Shown one piece after another: positions 18,973 through 27,213 of a stretch of DNA of 64,000 nt (positions are counted from its first letter, which is position 1; every line of letters begins with the position of its first letter). This DNA is from Escherichia phage Ec_Makalu_002. Location of the stretch: sequence record MN709127.1; one strand, written 5' to 3'. The position numbers and the translations under genes were made by a program. The notes below the pieces were generated by a model. That model was given only the letters and a program-made list of their open reading frames with translations. It made no database searches and was not told the origin of the DNA.

Positions 18973-21024
18973 TTACATTTTAAATTTATCCGGCATAGCG
19001 TCTACAGACACAAGATCAGCGATAAGCTGACGTAGAGTTGCCTTATCTGCTTTCTTACGTTCGGTTTTAGCTTCGGTAATGAAGCTGGAGAAAGACAGGT
19101 CAGAAGCAGGTTTAACAACACCTTCACGGATGAATGCATCACCGTCCGCGATCATCTCACCAGATTCTTGTAATGCTGCCAGTTCATTTTTGTTCATAAT
19201 ATGTGCCTCGATGTAATAAGTTTCTTGTGAATCCGTCGATGCCGTAGCACGAGTTACCGTATCAAAGGATAACACAACACCGCGAGGAAGTAAAATCTCG
19301 CATTCTTTGTAAGCAAATGCTTTGTTACCTACTGGCAATACAGGGATGTTTTCCGCGCCAGCAATGGAGAAAGCAACATTAGCGCCACCTTCACCGCGAG
19401 ATCCCGCCATAGAATCAACACCAGCAACGGCACTAGCCACGTTTGCATTCCAGCCACCAAAAATATTAGGTGCAAGGGAAGTGCTCACATAGTTTTTAAA
19501 GTAAAACGCTTTTTGCTTACGTGCAGTTTCCCACATTTGCGACCGGAAGTCCATACCACGATACAAGATAGTACCTGGATCAAGTTTAACACCATAGTTA
19601 GCAAATGCGTTATCCAGTGCATCACACATCTTGACCAATTCTTCTGGGTCTGCGATGCCTTCAAACTCTTCCAGCTTACGGTCGGTTAGGAAGTTGTTCA
19701 TATTGATGTATGCTGCATCCGCATATTCGCTCAACACAAAACCTTCCGCGCCAGGCAGATCAAGATCAATATCTGCCATCATTTCACCCATGTTGCTAGC
19801 AATTGCTTCAAACATACCGGAAGCAACATTACGCAGGGCATCGGTTTTAATCTGCGTGATGTGACTACGCAGCATTTCAGCTTTTACATCTGCTGGCATA
19901 GACTGGTCGACGCGATCCATTGCCAGGGCGGTGATCTTGTTTTCGAATACTTCCTCGCTCATGATTTCTTTTAAGCGTTTGATTGATGCTGCGATGACTT
20001 CCGCAGACAACGGATCATATTGATCCTGAACTTTTACCAGTTCGCTTACTGCATATTTTGCATCGGCTTCGCTTTCAAAAATAGTACGCATGAAACCATA
20101 GCGAGTGATAATATCACTTGTCCAGTCATTCAGAGAACGGGCGGTTGAACGTTCTAAGGCTTGACGGTCAATCAGAGTATTAAACTGTTTCTTAGGTTCT
20201 GCTTCGGTGATATCTTCTTCCGGTTTAAGATTAATTTTTTCTGGATGATTCACATAGTCGCTGTTATAGGTCGCTTGAGTTTTCAGCATTTCTTCTTTAG
20301 TCAAACGAGATTTAGCCGCTACGCGTTGTTCTGCTTCCGCGTTTCGTTCTTCTTCCGACACAAGACTAGCCGCATACGCCTCATCTTTAGTCAGAGATTC
20401 ACCAGTAGCCTTAGATACCCAGCGATCACCTAAATCACTTTCTACTTTAGTGAACAGGGATTCATCGAGTTTAATCCCTTTAATCTTATCAATCGCCATC
20501 CCGCGACGTTTGACAACAACTAAAGCGATCTTTTTGCTGGTCATTACTTCCTGCTGGAATACTTCAAACTTCGGTGTACGACGCACCAAACGCTCTATAA
20601 CGCGCTTAACCAGTTCGGTCTTACCTTTCATGCGGGATACGTTAAAACGGAACATAACAGCGTCTAATTGCGCTTTACGGGCTGTTTCCATGACCACATC
20701 AAAAGCACTTGACATAACTGCAATCGGGTTATCTCCTAGACCATTTTTAAGCTGTACAATACGACCGCTTTTGTTCATTTCGCACAGTACAACATGTGCG
20801 GTCTTGTCACCCATACGAATGATTTTAGGTGTTTTGTTGGTGAAGTTACAAAGACGGACAATCACATCTTTATCGCGTGTCTGTACTGCAAAAAGCTGTT
20901 TAGGATTCTGCTTAGGCTTTAAGCACTGTACCGGAGCAATACTGCCAAAGTTTTCTTCCTCTTCCGTCAACAGCCATTTCTCGAAAGATTCAATCATTAG
21001 ATCGTCGATTTCTAAGTTAAACAT
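18973..21024 (-). CDS. alt: Alt ADP-ribosyltransferase
   Basis: 683 aa; LYRGMD, YVSTSLAPNIFGGW, YKECEILLPRG; T4-like position next to gene 54. Confidence 0.85.
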   Translation of the reverse strand: MFNLEIDDLMIESFEKWLLTEEEENFGSIAPVQCLKPKQNPKQLFAVQTRDKDVIVRLCNFTNKTPKIIRMGDKTAHVVLCEMNKSGRIVQLKNGLGDNPIAVMSSAFDVVMETARKAQLDAVMFRFNVSRMKGKTELVKRVIERLVRRTPKFEVFQQEVMTSKKIALVVVKRRGMAIDKIKGIKLDESLFTKVESDLGDRWVSKATGESLTKDEAYAASLVSEEERNAEAEQRVAAKSRLTKEEMLKTQATYNSDYVNHPEKINLKPEEDITEAEPKKQFNTLIDRQALERSTARSLNDWTSDIITRYGFMRTIFESEADAKYAVSELVKVQDQYDPLSAEVIAASIKRLKEIMSEEVFENKITALAMDRVDQSMPADVKAEMLRSHITQIKTDALRNVASGMFEAIASNMGEMMADIDLDLPGAEGFVLSEYADAAYINMNNFLTDRKLEEFEGIADPEELVKMCDALDNAFANYGVKLDPGTILYRGMDFRSQMWETARKQKAFYFKNYVSTSLAPNIFGGWNANVASAVAGVDSMAGSRGEGGANVAFSIAGAENIPVLPVGNKAFAYKECEILLPRGVVLSFDTVTRATASTDSQETYYIEAHIMNKNELAALQESGEMIADGDAFIREGVVKPASDLSFSSFITEAKTERKKADKATLRQLIADLVSVDAMPDKFKM

Positions 21025-21063
21025 TTTATATCCTCTAGTTGATAACCTATAAACCTATATTTA

Positions 21064-21086
21064 TGAAAAAGGGGCTTAACACCCCC
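21064..21086 (-). terminator. rho-independent terminator ending the early small-gene unit
   Basis: Minus-strand hairpin GGGGUGUUAAGCCCC followed by U-run. Confidence 0.55.
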
Positions 21087-21091
21087 ATTTA

Positions 21092-21304
21092 TTATAATGC
21101 ACCATCGAGCAATTGCTCTAAGGTGTATCCTGAATAGTCTTTTTCAATCAGGATATATTTTCCTACTCGTTTAATACAACCGCGCATTTCAACGTATTCT
21201 GCGTAGTTGATGGTGCGAGTTGTTCCATCTTCTAGTAAAGCAGTACCGATTTCGTTAATGCGGTCATAAGTTACGTCGGTAATGATGATTTCGATGTTAG
21301 CCAT
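21092..21304 (-). CDS. hypothetical protein (70 aa)
   Basis: Track ORF with RBS, preceded by promoter cassette. Confidence 0.55.
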   Translation of the reverse strand: MANIEIIITDVTYDRINEIGTALLEDGTTRTINYAEYVEMRGCIKRVGKYILIEKDYSGYTLEQLLDGAL

Positions 21305-21340
21305 TTGATACTCCTTAGTAGTTCGTTTCGGTATGGGTGT

Positions 21341-21369
21341 ATTATGATATACACCCTCTGTTATGTCAA
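21341..21369 (-). promoter_or_regulatory. PeSL-like early promoter cassette
   Basis: Minus TTGACA-17-CATAAT; stem-loop gggtgtat-N6-atacaccc (21334-21355) covers the -10. Confidence 0.55.
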
Positions 21370-21375
21370 CAACTT

Positions 21376-21556
21376 TTAGAACATTTTTGAAATTAATTCT
21401 GCTTTGATTTCGCAGAGAACATCTAAAGATTTCTCGTCACCCGCTTTTGCTGCTTCTGCTTGCATTTTTGAAATGGCTTCAATGTCAGTGCAATTATAAG
21501 CCGCTTGAACTTTAGCGATTGCGATGATTGCCGATTCGATGGTTAAGTGTTTCATG
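21376..21556 (-). CDS. hypothetical 59-aa protein
   Basis: ATG with GGAGAA RBS; MKHLTIESAIIAIAK... Confidence 0.45.
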
Positions 21557-21587
21557 TTTGATTCTCCTTTCGTTTCGGTATGTGTGC

Positions 21588-21616
21588 AGTATAGGGGATC
21601 GCCGATCCCCTGTCAA
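21588..21616 (-). promoter_or_regulatory. PeSL-like early promoter cassette
   Basis: Minus TTGACA-17-TATACT; spacer is the palindrome aggggatcgccgatcccct (two GATC). Confidence 0.55.
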
Positions 21617-21623
21617 CAACTTT

Positions 21624-22142
21624 TTAGTTATTTTTTAATTGCTCATCTTGCAATAATGCAATCACATGCTGGCGATGTTCTTCCGATTGAGGAACACCGA
21701 AAAAGTTTGTTTTGTAGAAATACTCTAATCGGTCTTCTCGTGTGCTCTCTTCCATCATGATCGCGGGTAGTCCAAGATTTCGGAAACGTCGCTTTTCTGC
21801 TGGCGTAAAATCACTGTAATACAACATAGAATCATCATTACCAGCAATGCTAAACTCATCCTTCATAAAGGAGAATATTGCGTTTAAACGCTGTTTACCG
21901 TCCACGATTTCGATCTCATAGCGAGAGCCATCATCAATCTTAGCCATTGCGATAGCACCAACCGGAAAATCATTAATCAGGTTTTCGATAAACATACGTT
22001 TGTTTTCGGTGTCCCATACCAAAGGACGCTGATAATCTGGGTTCATGTTGATATAGCCATCTTCTAACCACGCCTCATAAACAGAGATGACAAAGTTTTT
22101 AGTATTGGTATAGTAACGGCGTTTAGGCGTTAAACGGTTCAT
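21624..22142 (-). CDS. DUF262 / ParB-like (GmrS N-terminal type) domain protein
   Basis: ATG 22142 with AGGAG RBS; DYQRPLVWD...FPVGAI...IVDGKQRLNAI matches the DUF262 signature; no C-terminal nuclease domain. Confidence 0.6.
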   Translation of the reverse strand: MNRLTPKRRYYTNTKNFVISVYEAWLEDGYINMNPDYQRPLVWDTENKRMFIENLINDFPVGAIAMAKIDDGSRYEIEIVDGKQRLNAIFSFMKDEFSIAGNDDSMLYYSDFTPAEKRRFRNLGLPAIMMEESTREDRLEYFYKTNFFGVPQSEEHRQHVIALLQDEQLKNN

Positions 22143-22143
22143 G

Positions 22144-22476
22144 TTATAGTCTCCTGAATGGATCATCACGTAAATCAATATCTTTTAAGAACTCATCCCA
22201 TGAATGGCGGATAATGTTCTTAATTCTCCAGATAAGCGCAGGGATTGAACGCTCTCCCATCTGGAAGTAAGGATCATATGATCCATATGCCCAATATGCT
22301 ACTACAATTCCACAATCGGCGCAATAATATTCTATTTCACTTGCTGGCGACCAAAGTCCATCAATATGATCACGGATCTTGCTTTCGATGTTATGGCTAT
22401 GGCAATCAGGGCAACGGATGCAATGACCTTGTTTATCGTAATTTGACGTTAGCGAATACTTAAACAATCTCATCAT
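22144..22476 (-). CDS. Zn-ribbon protein (110 aa)
   Basis: CIRCPDC ... CADCG (two CxxC pairs); stop is 1 nt before the next start. Confidence 0.55.
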   Translation of the reverse strand: MMRLFKYSLTSNYDKQGHCIRCPDCHSHNIESKIRDHIDGLWSPASEIEYYCADCGIVVAYWAYGSYDPYFQMGERSIPALIWRIKNIIRHSWDEFLKDIDLRDDPFRRL

Positions 22477-23189
22477 AGATCCTTATTGGCTTCAAATACT
22501 GCCTTTGCGAATCCTCGCGGGGTAAGTGACCTGATAGTCTTTGTTCTGGTTCCTTTCCCGCCTAGCTTAGAATGCTGTTTACTGTACCCTTTATTAATCT
22601 GCAACGGTTTCTTTTCTGGCATTATAAAGCCTTGTCCGGTCCATAAGCAAGTCTTTTTCGGGTACATATCACGGGCGGCAATATACTCAGGAAACGTAGG
22701 ATGCTTATCATCTTCCGGCAAATAACCGCCATATTCCCACGGATGGAACATGTAATCAGGCTTACGCCACATGCTAGAGATAACGCTTACAGGATTCTCT
22801 ATCATGTAGGGAACTCCTAGCCATTCACCCAAATAAGCGGTTATTTTAGCTGCCCTTACATCATGAACTTGAATTAATGGTCCTTGTTCTCGTTTCTTTC
22901 GTTCAAAGTGCGCAGCGCCACTAACAGCTAAATTGGTGCATGGTGGGAATGCAAAGATAATATCCGGTTTCCCCCATTCAAGGTCCATTGCTCTTTCCAG
23001 CCAATTTAAATCAATCCATGTGTTTACATATGTAATGTTTGGATGTTCAAATCGGGTATTATATTTTTTGTATGTACCGTGGTCGCCATCGTCAGCATTA
23101 AAGCAGATCACCTTATGACCTGCTTTAGCCCATTCTAACCCCATTATCCCCGATCCGTCAAAGTTGCAGAATATTAATTTTTGTTTCAT
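22473..23189 (-). CDS. compact C5-cytosine methyltransferase-like protein
   Basis: Motif I-like NFDGSGIMG, motif IV-like FAFPPCTNLAVSGA (PC with catalytic Cys), motif VI-like MIENPV, C-terminal RSLTPRGFAKA; only 238 aa. Confidence 0.5.
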   Translation of the reverse strand: MKQKLIFCNFDGSGIMGLEWAKAGHKVICFNADDGDHGTYKKYNTRFEHPNITYVNTWIDLNWLERAMDLEWGKPDIIFAFPPCTNLAVSGAAHFERKKREQGPLIQVHDVRAAKITAYLGEWLGVPYMIENPVSVISSMWRKPDYMFHPWEYGGYLPEDDKHPTFPEYIAARDMYPKKTCLWTGQGFIMPEKKPLQINKGYSKQHSKLGGKGTRTKTIRSLTPRGFAKAVFEANKDL

Positions 23190-23431
23190 ATACGCCCCTT
23201 TAACCCAACACAGATTTTAGAAGGTTCTTTGCCGTGCCACATTAAGTAAATTCCGTTAATGCGTCCTTGTTTTGTATATGATTCTTTTCTGATCTTCTTA
23301 TAGTGTCGTGCTTCCTCAGCCGATTGTTTAGAATGTCGATCATAAAGGAAGAGGAACAAAGGCCAACCATTAGCGGCCTTAATGCAGTTATTCAAAAATT
23401 CCTTATTTCGTTTAATTAATTTTCTTTTCAC
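23186..23431 (-). CDS. hypothetical basic protein (81 aa)
   Basis: Track ORF with overlapping stop/start in the operon. Confidence 0.5.
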   Translation of the reverse strand: MKRKLIKRNKEFLNNCIKAANGWPLFLFLYDRHSKQSAEEARHYKKIRKESYTKQGRINGIYLMWHGKEPSKICVGLKGRI

Positions 23432-23679
23432 GCTGCCCCCATTGGTTTGATAGTAACAGAATCTAAAAGACCTTTGTTAGCCAGTTCGCGGCAAGTTTTC
23501 AGATCCGCAACTTCCCAGCCAGCCGCAATAAGGTTATCAATGAGGCTGTTAGCAACTTCTTCGCTCATGAAAGAGCACTGTTTGCCGATGGTGTAGCGTA
23601 CACGCTGTAATTTCAGTTTACGGAAGCCTTTAACGTTCAGGTCTTTAGCGATTTTCTTTGCGGTTTCGATGTTAGCCAT
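23428..23679 (-). CDS. hypothetical protein (83 aa), first gene of the operon
   Basis: Track ORF; promoter cassette immediately upstream. Confidence 0.55.
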   Translation of the reverse strand: MANIETAKKIAKDLNVKGFRKLKLQRVRYTIGKQCSFMSEEVANSLIDNLIAAGWEVADLKTCRELANKGLLDSVTIKPMGAA

Positions 23680-23719
23680 TGTTTGATTCTCCTAAGTGGT
23701 ATCTCGTCTTGATGGTTGT

Positions 23720-23748
23720 ATTGTAGGGGAGTTATCCTCCCCTGTCAA
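23720..23748 (-). promoter_or_regulatory. PeSL-like early promoter for operon 23679..21624
   Basis: Minus TTGACA-17-TACAAT; palindrome aggggagttatcctcccct in the spacer. Confidence 0.5.
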
Positions 23749-23762
23749 CACTTTTTATAAAA

Positions 23763-23930
23763 TTATTTGTTAATTTCTGGTGCGTTGCTAGGATAGTAAC
23801 CTTCTTTAACTCCGAGGTATTTCGCAACCATCCCTACAATCTTCTGTGCTACTACAATGTCAAATTTCAGATAATCTTCGCCGTGGGTTTCAATGATATA
23901 TGCTTCACATGCTGCTTTAGTCTCGAACAT
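23763..23930 (-). CDS. small protein (55 aa), copy 1 of a duplicated gene
   Basis: MFETKAACEAYIIETHGEDYLKFDIVVAQKIVGMVAKYLGVKEGYYPSNAPEINK; near-identical to 27046..27213. Confidence 0.55.
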   Translation of the reverse strand: MFETKAACEAYIIETHGEDYLKFDIVVAQKIVGMVAKYLGVKEGYYPSNAPEINK

Positions 23931-23963
23931 TTTGATTCTCCTATTTCGTTTCGGTATGTGTGT

Positions 23964-23992
23964 ATTATAGGGGATCTCCCGATCCCCGTCAA
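23964..23992 (-). promoter_or_regulatory. PeSL-like early promoter cassette
   Basis: Minus TTGACG-17-TATAAT; palindrome ggggatctcccgatcccc. Confidence 0.55.
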
Positions 23993-24006
23993 CAACTTTT
24001 TTAAAA

Positions 24007-24288
24007 TTATTCGTGATTAGTTTCGATATTGTGCATTTTGCACCAGTTCAGCCAATCGCCAAGATCTTGATAGTTGATGCTTTTATCTGCTGCCATCGTT
24101 TTTGTCTTGATACCCATATGTGCGTTATGAGTAAGCATTTTTACAGTGAACTCAATTTTATCGCCTTTAGCTTTAACATCAACCAGTTTGGTCCACTGGC
24201 TACCAGCACCGCGAATGTTCATACCAACGATGTTTCCGATGTATGCTTCTTTGTTGTTCAGGATTTCGGTTGCTTTGATGAATTTCAT
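24007..24288 (-). CDS. hypothetical protein (93 aa)
   Basis: Track ORF with RBS and promoter cassette. Confidence 0.55.
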   Translation of the reverse strand: MKFIKATEILNNKEAYIGNIVGMNIRGAGSQWTKLVDVKAKGDKIEFTVKMLTHNAHMGIKTKTMAADKSINYQDLGDWLNWCKMHNIETNHE

Positions 24289-24321
24289 TTTTGATTCTCC
24301 AGTTCGTTTCGGTATGGGTGT

Positions 24322-24350
24322 ATTATGCTATGTTCTTACTTTGGTGTCAA
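24322..24350 (-). promoter_or_regulatory. PeSL-like early promoter cassette
   Basis: Minus TTGACA-17-CATAAT. Confidence 0.5.
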
Positions 24351-24358
24351 CAACTTTT

Positions 24359-24628
24359 TTAGATATTTTCAGAAATAAATTTTAAAACTTGACGTAAATG
24401 TTTCTCATCTTTGATAGTCGCCGGAAGTTCTTCTTTTACTTCCTGTGCAAGATAGATATTTCCGTTCCAAGTGAAAGACCCGTCTTCGTTTACGCGATAG
24501 CTGAACATCCATTCGCAATCATTTTCGATTTCATATACACACAGAAGGGTGTAATCTTCAAAGCTATTGATTTCAAGGTCGAAGCCGTGGCGTTTTGCAA
24601 AGTTGGTAGTGGTTTTAGTCAGTGCCAT
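24359..24628 (-). CDS. hypothetical protein (89 aa)
   Basis: Track ORF with RBS. Confidence 0.55.
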   Translation of the reverse strand: MALTKTTTNFAKRHGFDLEINSFEDYTLLCVYEIENDCEWMFSYRVNEDGSFTWNGNIYLAQEVKEELPATIKDEKHLRQVLKFISENI

Positions 24629-24668
24629 TGTTTGATTCTCCTAAGTGGTATCTCGTTTCGATGGGTGT

Positions 24669-24697
24669 ATTATGCTATAGGCGTGATCAGGTGTCAA
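24669..24697 (-). promoter_or_regulatory. PeSL-like early promoter cassette
   Basis: Minus TTGACA-17-CATAAT. Confidence 0.5.
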
Positions 24698-24721
24698 TGC
24701 CTTTTTTAAAATTTTATGCAA

Positions 24722-24747
24722 TAAAAAAGCCGACACTAAGGTCGGCT
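24722..24747 (-). terminator. rho-independent terminator
   Basis: Minus-strand hairpin gccgac-N6-gtcggc followed by U-run. Confidence 0.55.
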
Positions 24748-24754
24748 AATAAAA

Positions 24755-25063
24755 TCATTTAGACAAATAATCATTCAGTGCAATCCGGTCGGCATGTTCC
24801 GGCGTTACATCAATCGCAATCACTTTAACGCGTGCTTTCTTGCGACCTGGGTTTTCTCGTAACCAGTGCTCATGACCGTGAACATTTTTATACTGCGATG
24901 CTTCTTCGAAGGTACGGATCGGACCAGGGTAATCAGCGTAAAGGATCTCTAGGTCATCGGTGATGTAAAAATATACGTTGTAATTACTGTTCTCTAGCTT
25001 AAGCAGAGACTTTCGGAACATTGGGAGATTTTCGCGGGTAAATTCAAAAGTAATATCTTTCAT
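24755..25063 (-). CDS. HxHW family paralog A (about 102 aa)
   Basis: Internal ATG 25063 with GAGGA RBS; motifs YFYITDDL ... HGHEHWL ... VIAIDV. Confidence 0.6.
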   Translation of the reverse strand: MKDITFEFTRENLPMFRKSLLKLENSNYNVYFYITDDLEILYADYPGPIRTFEEASQYKNVHGHEHWLRENPGRKKARVKVIAIDVTPEHADRIALNDYLSK

Positions 25064-25085
25064 AGTATTATCCTCAATAGTTGGA

Positions 25086-25108
25086 TGAAAAGGGGGCTTA
25101 ACGCCCCA
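25086..25108 (-). terminator. short hairpin terminator
   Basis: Hairpin GGGGC-UUAAC-GCCCC followed by U-run on the minus strand; same type as 21064..21086. Confidence 0.45.
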
Positions 25109-25112
25109 TATA

Positions 25113-25400
25113 TTAAAACAGTCCTTCCTGTACACCGTAGTAGAGTTCGTCGCTGATAATTTCATTAATGCGACGGTGTGCATATTCCTGATTTGCGAAG
25201 TTGTCAGCAAGTTCTACTTTAGTTTCACCGTCATGAGTCCATTTAGTGATAACTTTACCATCTGCAAATTTGAAGTTGAACTCTTTAGCTACTGCATCGC
25301 GTACCAGACGTGCGAACTTGTTGTTACGGATTGCATTATCGGTTTCGTGTGCAGCGTGAGCAAATTTGTTAACTTTCAGAGTGATAGTGATGTATGCCAT
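25113..25400 (-). CDS. hypothetical protein (95 aa)
   Basis: Track ORF with RBS. Confidence 0.55.
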   Translation of the reverse strand: MAYITITLKVNKFAHAAHETDNAIRNNKFARLVRDAVAKEFNFKFADGKVITKWTHDGETKVELADNFANQEYAHRRINEIISDELYYGVQEGLF

Positions 25401-25446
25401 AATTTGATTCTCCTAGTTAGAAAGTGTATCTCGTTTCGATGGGTGT

Positions 25447-25475
25447 ATTATGCTATACACCCGATCTTATGTCAA
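25447..25475 (-). promoter_or_regulatory. PeSL-like early promoter cassette
   Basis: Minus TTGACA-17-CATAAT; stem-loop gggtgtat-N6-atacaccc (25441-25462). Confidence 0.55.
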
Positions 25476-25483
25476 CACTTTTT

Positions 25484-25762
25484 TTATAAAATAATTTTTT
25501 GATATTTTTCTATGATGTTTGTGTAATCCACATCAACCGCTATCACCGTTGCTTCGAATCCACCGTTTAGCCAATGGCTATGGTCATGATCGTGAAAGAA
25601 ACCAAGACCAGTACGAAGACCTTCTTTATATTCGGCGCGTACATTTAGATCATCATCGATAAACAGATAAAACCATGAATTTTTACTAGGATTGATGATA
25701 CAACCTTTCAGATTAGGGAGAATATCACGACTAAGAATAAACTTATCACCTACTTTGAACAT
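25484..25762 (-). CDS. HxHW family paralog B (about 92 aa)
   Basis: ATG 25762 with GAGGA RBS; FYLFIDDDL ... HDHDHSHWL ... VIAVDV. Confidence 0.6.
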   Translation of the reverse strand: MFKVGDKFILSRDILPNLKGCIINPSKNSWFYLFIDDDLNVRAEYKEGLRTGLGFFHDHDHSHWLNGGFEATVIAVDVDYTNIIEKYQKIIL

Positions 25763-25766
25763 AATA

Positions 25767-26087
25767 TTAGTCCTCACTTATAAGGTCAAACCAATTGTTT
25801 TTCGCATAATGCTTAATGCGTGCTTGATCTGCTTCCGCTGGTGATAGATTCCATGCAACCACTACAACTTCTGACGCGTCGTCATCCGTTTCTGATACCC
25901 AATGATTGTGATTCATACAGTTATTTGCGATCGAGTGAGCAAATGATTTCATCACTGGAGACGTATAATCATAGTAACGGATTTTCAGATTTTCATCAAC
26001 ATACAAGTAGATCGTATAAGGTTTATATTCAGTAACCAGTAACAGACAGTTACGCAATTCTGGGAAAATCTTTTTAGTTAATTTCAT
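25767..26087 (-). CDS. HxHW family paralog C (about 106 aa)
   Basis: ATG 26087 with GAGGA RBS; YLYVDENL ... HNHW ... VVVVAW. Confidence 0.55.
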   Translation of the reverse strand: MKLTKKIFPELRNCLLLVTEYKPYTIYLYVDENLKIRYYDYTSPVMKSFAHSIANNCMNHNHWVSETDDDASEVVVVAWNLSPAEADQARIKHYAKNNWFDLISED

Positions 26088-26088
26088 T

Positions 26089-26307
26089 TTATAATCCTCG
26101 GTCGCGGCTATAGTACACGGTACGCCATACAATTTCATGTTTCGTGTCGCTCCAGCACACGATCTCATTTACTCTTAAATCTTTGTTATCAACAAAAGAT
26201 GAACATTGTGACGCTTCTTTCATCATTTTATCTGCTGTTTTCTCATCAAATACAGCACAGATTTCTTTATACACTCGATAATCTTTGAATTGACTCTGGA
26301 TACCCAT
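26089..26307 (-). CDS. small protein, member 1 of a tandem paralog pair
   Basis: QFKDYRVYKEICAVFDEKTADKMMKEASQCSSF, homologous to the next ORF; start codon uncertain. Confidence 0.45.
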   Translation of the reverse strand: MGIQSQFKDYRVYKEICAVFDEKTADKMMKEASQCSSFVDNKDLRVNEIVCWSDTKHEIVWRTVYYSRDRGL

Positions 26308-26524
26308 AATTAACACCATTCCAACCAATTGTTTTTGAGAAAACGTTTATCCACTGTTGAGTGTAGCATGTTTCTTTCCATGATACAATACGAGTAGAAT
26401 AATGGTTTTTGTTTCCAGAAAAGGACGGGCATTTTGATGCATCTTCCATCATCTTTTCGGCGAACTCCGCGTCATATACCCGCAGGATCTGTTGATATGC
26501 TTTATAATCTTTAAATTTGCTCAT
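26267..26524 (-). CDS. small protein, member 2 of a tandem paralog pair
   Basis: MSKFKDYKAYQQILRVYDAEFAEKMMEDASKCPSF; 3' end overlaps the previous ORF. Confidence 0.5.
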   Translation of the reverse strand: MSKFKDYKAYQQILRVYDAEFAEKMMEDASKCPSFSGNKNHYSTRIVSWKETCYTQQWINVFSKTIGWNGVNYGYPESIQRLSSV

Positions 26525-26789
26525 AATTGTTAACTACCTTATCAGCTTCTTTTATTGTTTTTACATCAACTGCGATAATCCGTAAAGGTTCGTCGAAGGT
26601 CCACCAGTGGTCATGAATATCAGCTTGTGATTTATCACCAAAGGAATCACGAATATCATTTTTACATTTATAGCTAATATGGCCTTCATAGTCAACATAA
26701 AGGTAATTATCGAAAATCGGCGTTTTTAAGATCATACCGAAAAATCTTTCTTTGTGTGTCTTATCAAGTGTTGCAGTAATTCGCATCAT
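26511..26789 (-). CDS. HxHW family paralog D (92 aa)
   Basis: AGAGGAA RBS; YLYVDYEG ... HDHWW ... IIAVDV. Confidence 0.6.
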   Translation of the reverse strand: MMRITATLDKTHKERFFGMILKTPIFDNYLYVDYEGHISYKCKNDIRDSFGDKSQADIHDHWWTFDEPLRIIAVDVKTIKEADKVVNNYEQI

Positions 26790-26801
26790 AATATATTCCT
26801 C

Positions 26802-26981
26802 TTAGAAAGGGATGGTCATTTCTTGAGCTTGTACATTCTCGTTAGGATTAAACTTCATCCAACCGATATTGTCTACCAGCATATGTACATTTTTATCATA
26901 TCCTACGTGAGTAGTCAACACTAAATGTGCTTTACCTTCAACGATGATTTCCATGTACTTCTGAACTTCGATAGCTTTCAT
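26802..26981 (-). CDS. hypothetical 59-aa protein
   Basis: ATG behind a promoter cassette; below track cut-off. Confidence 0.4.
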   Translation of the reverse strand: MKAIEVQKYMEIIVEGKAHLVLTTHVGYDKNVHMLVDNIGWMKFNPNENVQAQEMTIPF

Positions 26982-27013
26982 TTTGATTCTCCGTTTGTTG
27001 TCTTGATGGGAGT

Positions 27014-27042
27014 ATCTTACTACTCCCTTTAATCATTGTCAA
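27014..27042 (-). promoter_or_regulatory. PeSL-like early promoter cassette
   Basis: Minus TTGACA-17-TAAGAT; stem-loop gggagtatcttactactccc. Confidence 0.5.
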
Positions 27043-27045
27043 CTA

Positions 27046-27213
27046 TTATTTGTTAATTTCCGGTGCGTTGCTCGGATAGTAACCTTCTTTAACACCCAGA
27101 TATTTTGCAACCATTCCGGTGATCTTCTGTGCTACTACGATATCGAATTTCAGGTAGTCTTCACCGTGGTTTGCTACAATGTATGCTTCGCATTCTGCTT
27201 TAGTCTGGAACAT
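27046..27213 (-). CDS. small protein (55 aa), copy 2 of the duplicated gene
   Basis: MFQTKAECEAYIVANHGEDYLKFDIVVAQKITGMVAKYLGVKEGYYPSNAPEINK; ATG 27213. Confidence 0.55.
   Translation of the reverse strand: MFQTKAECEAYIVANHGEDYLKFDIVVAQKITGMVAKYLGVKEGYYPSNAPEINK

Noticed and set aside
20450-21052. 200-aa plus-strand ORF, with 19631..19864 and 20161..20433
   Set aside because: All lie entirely within alt on the opposite strand, with low-complexity translations and no start signals.
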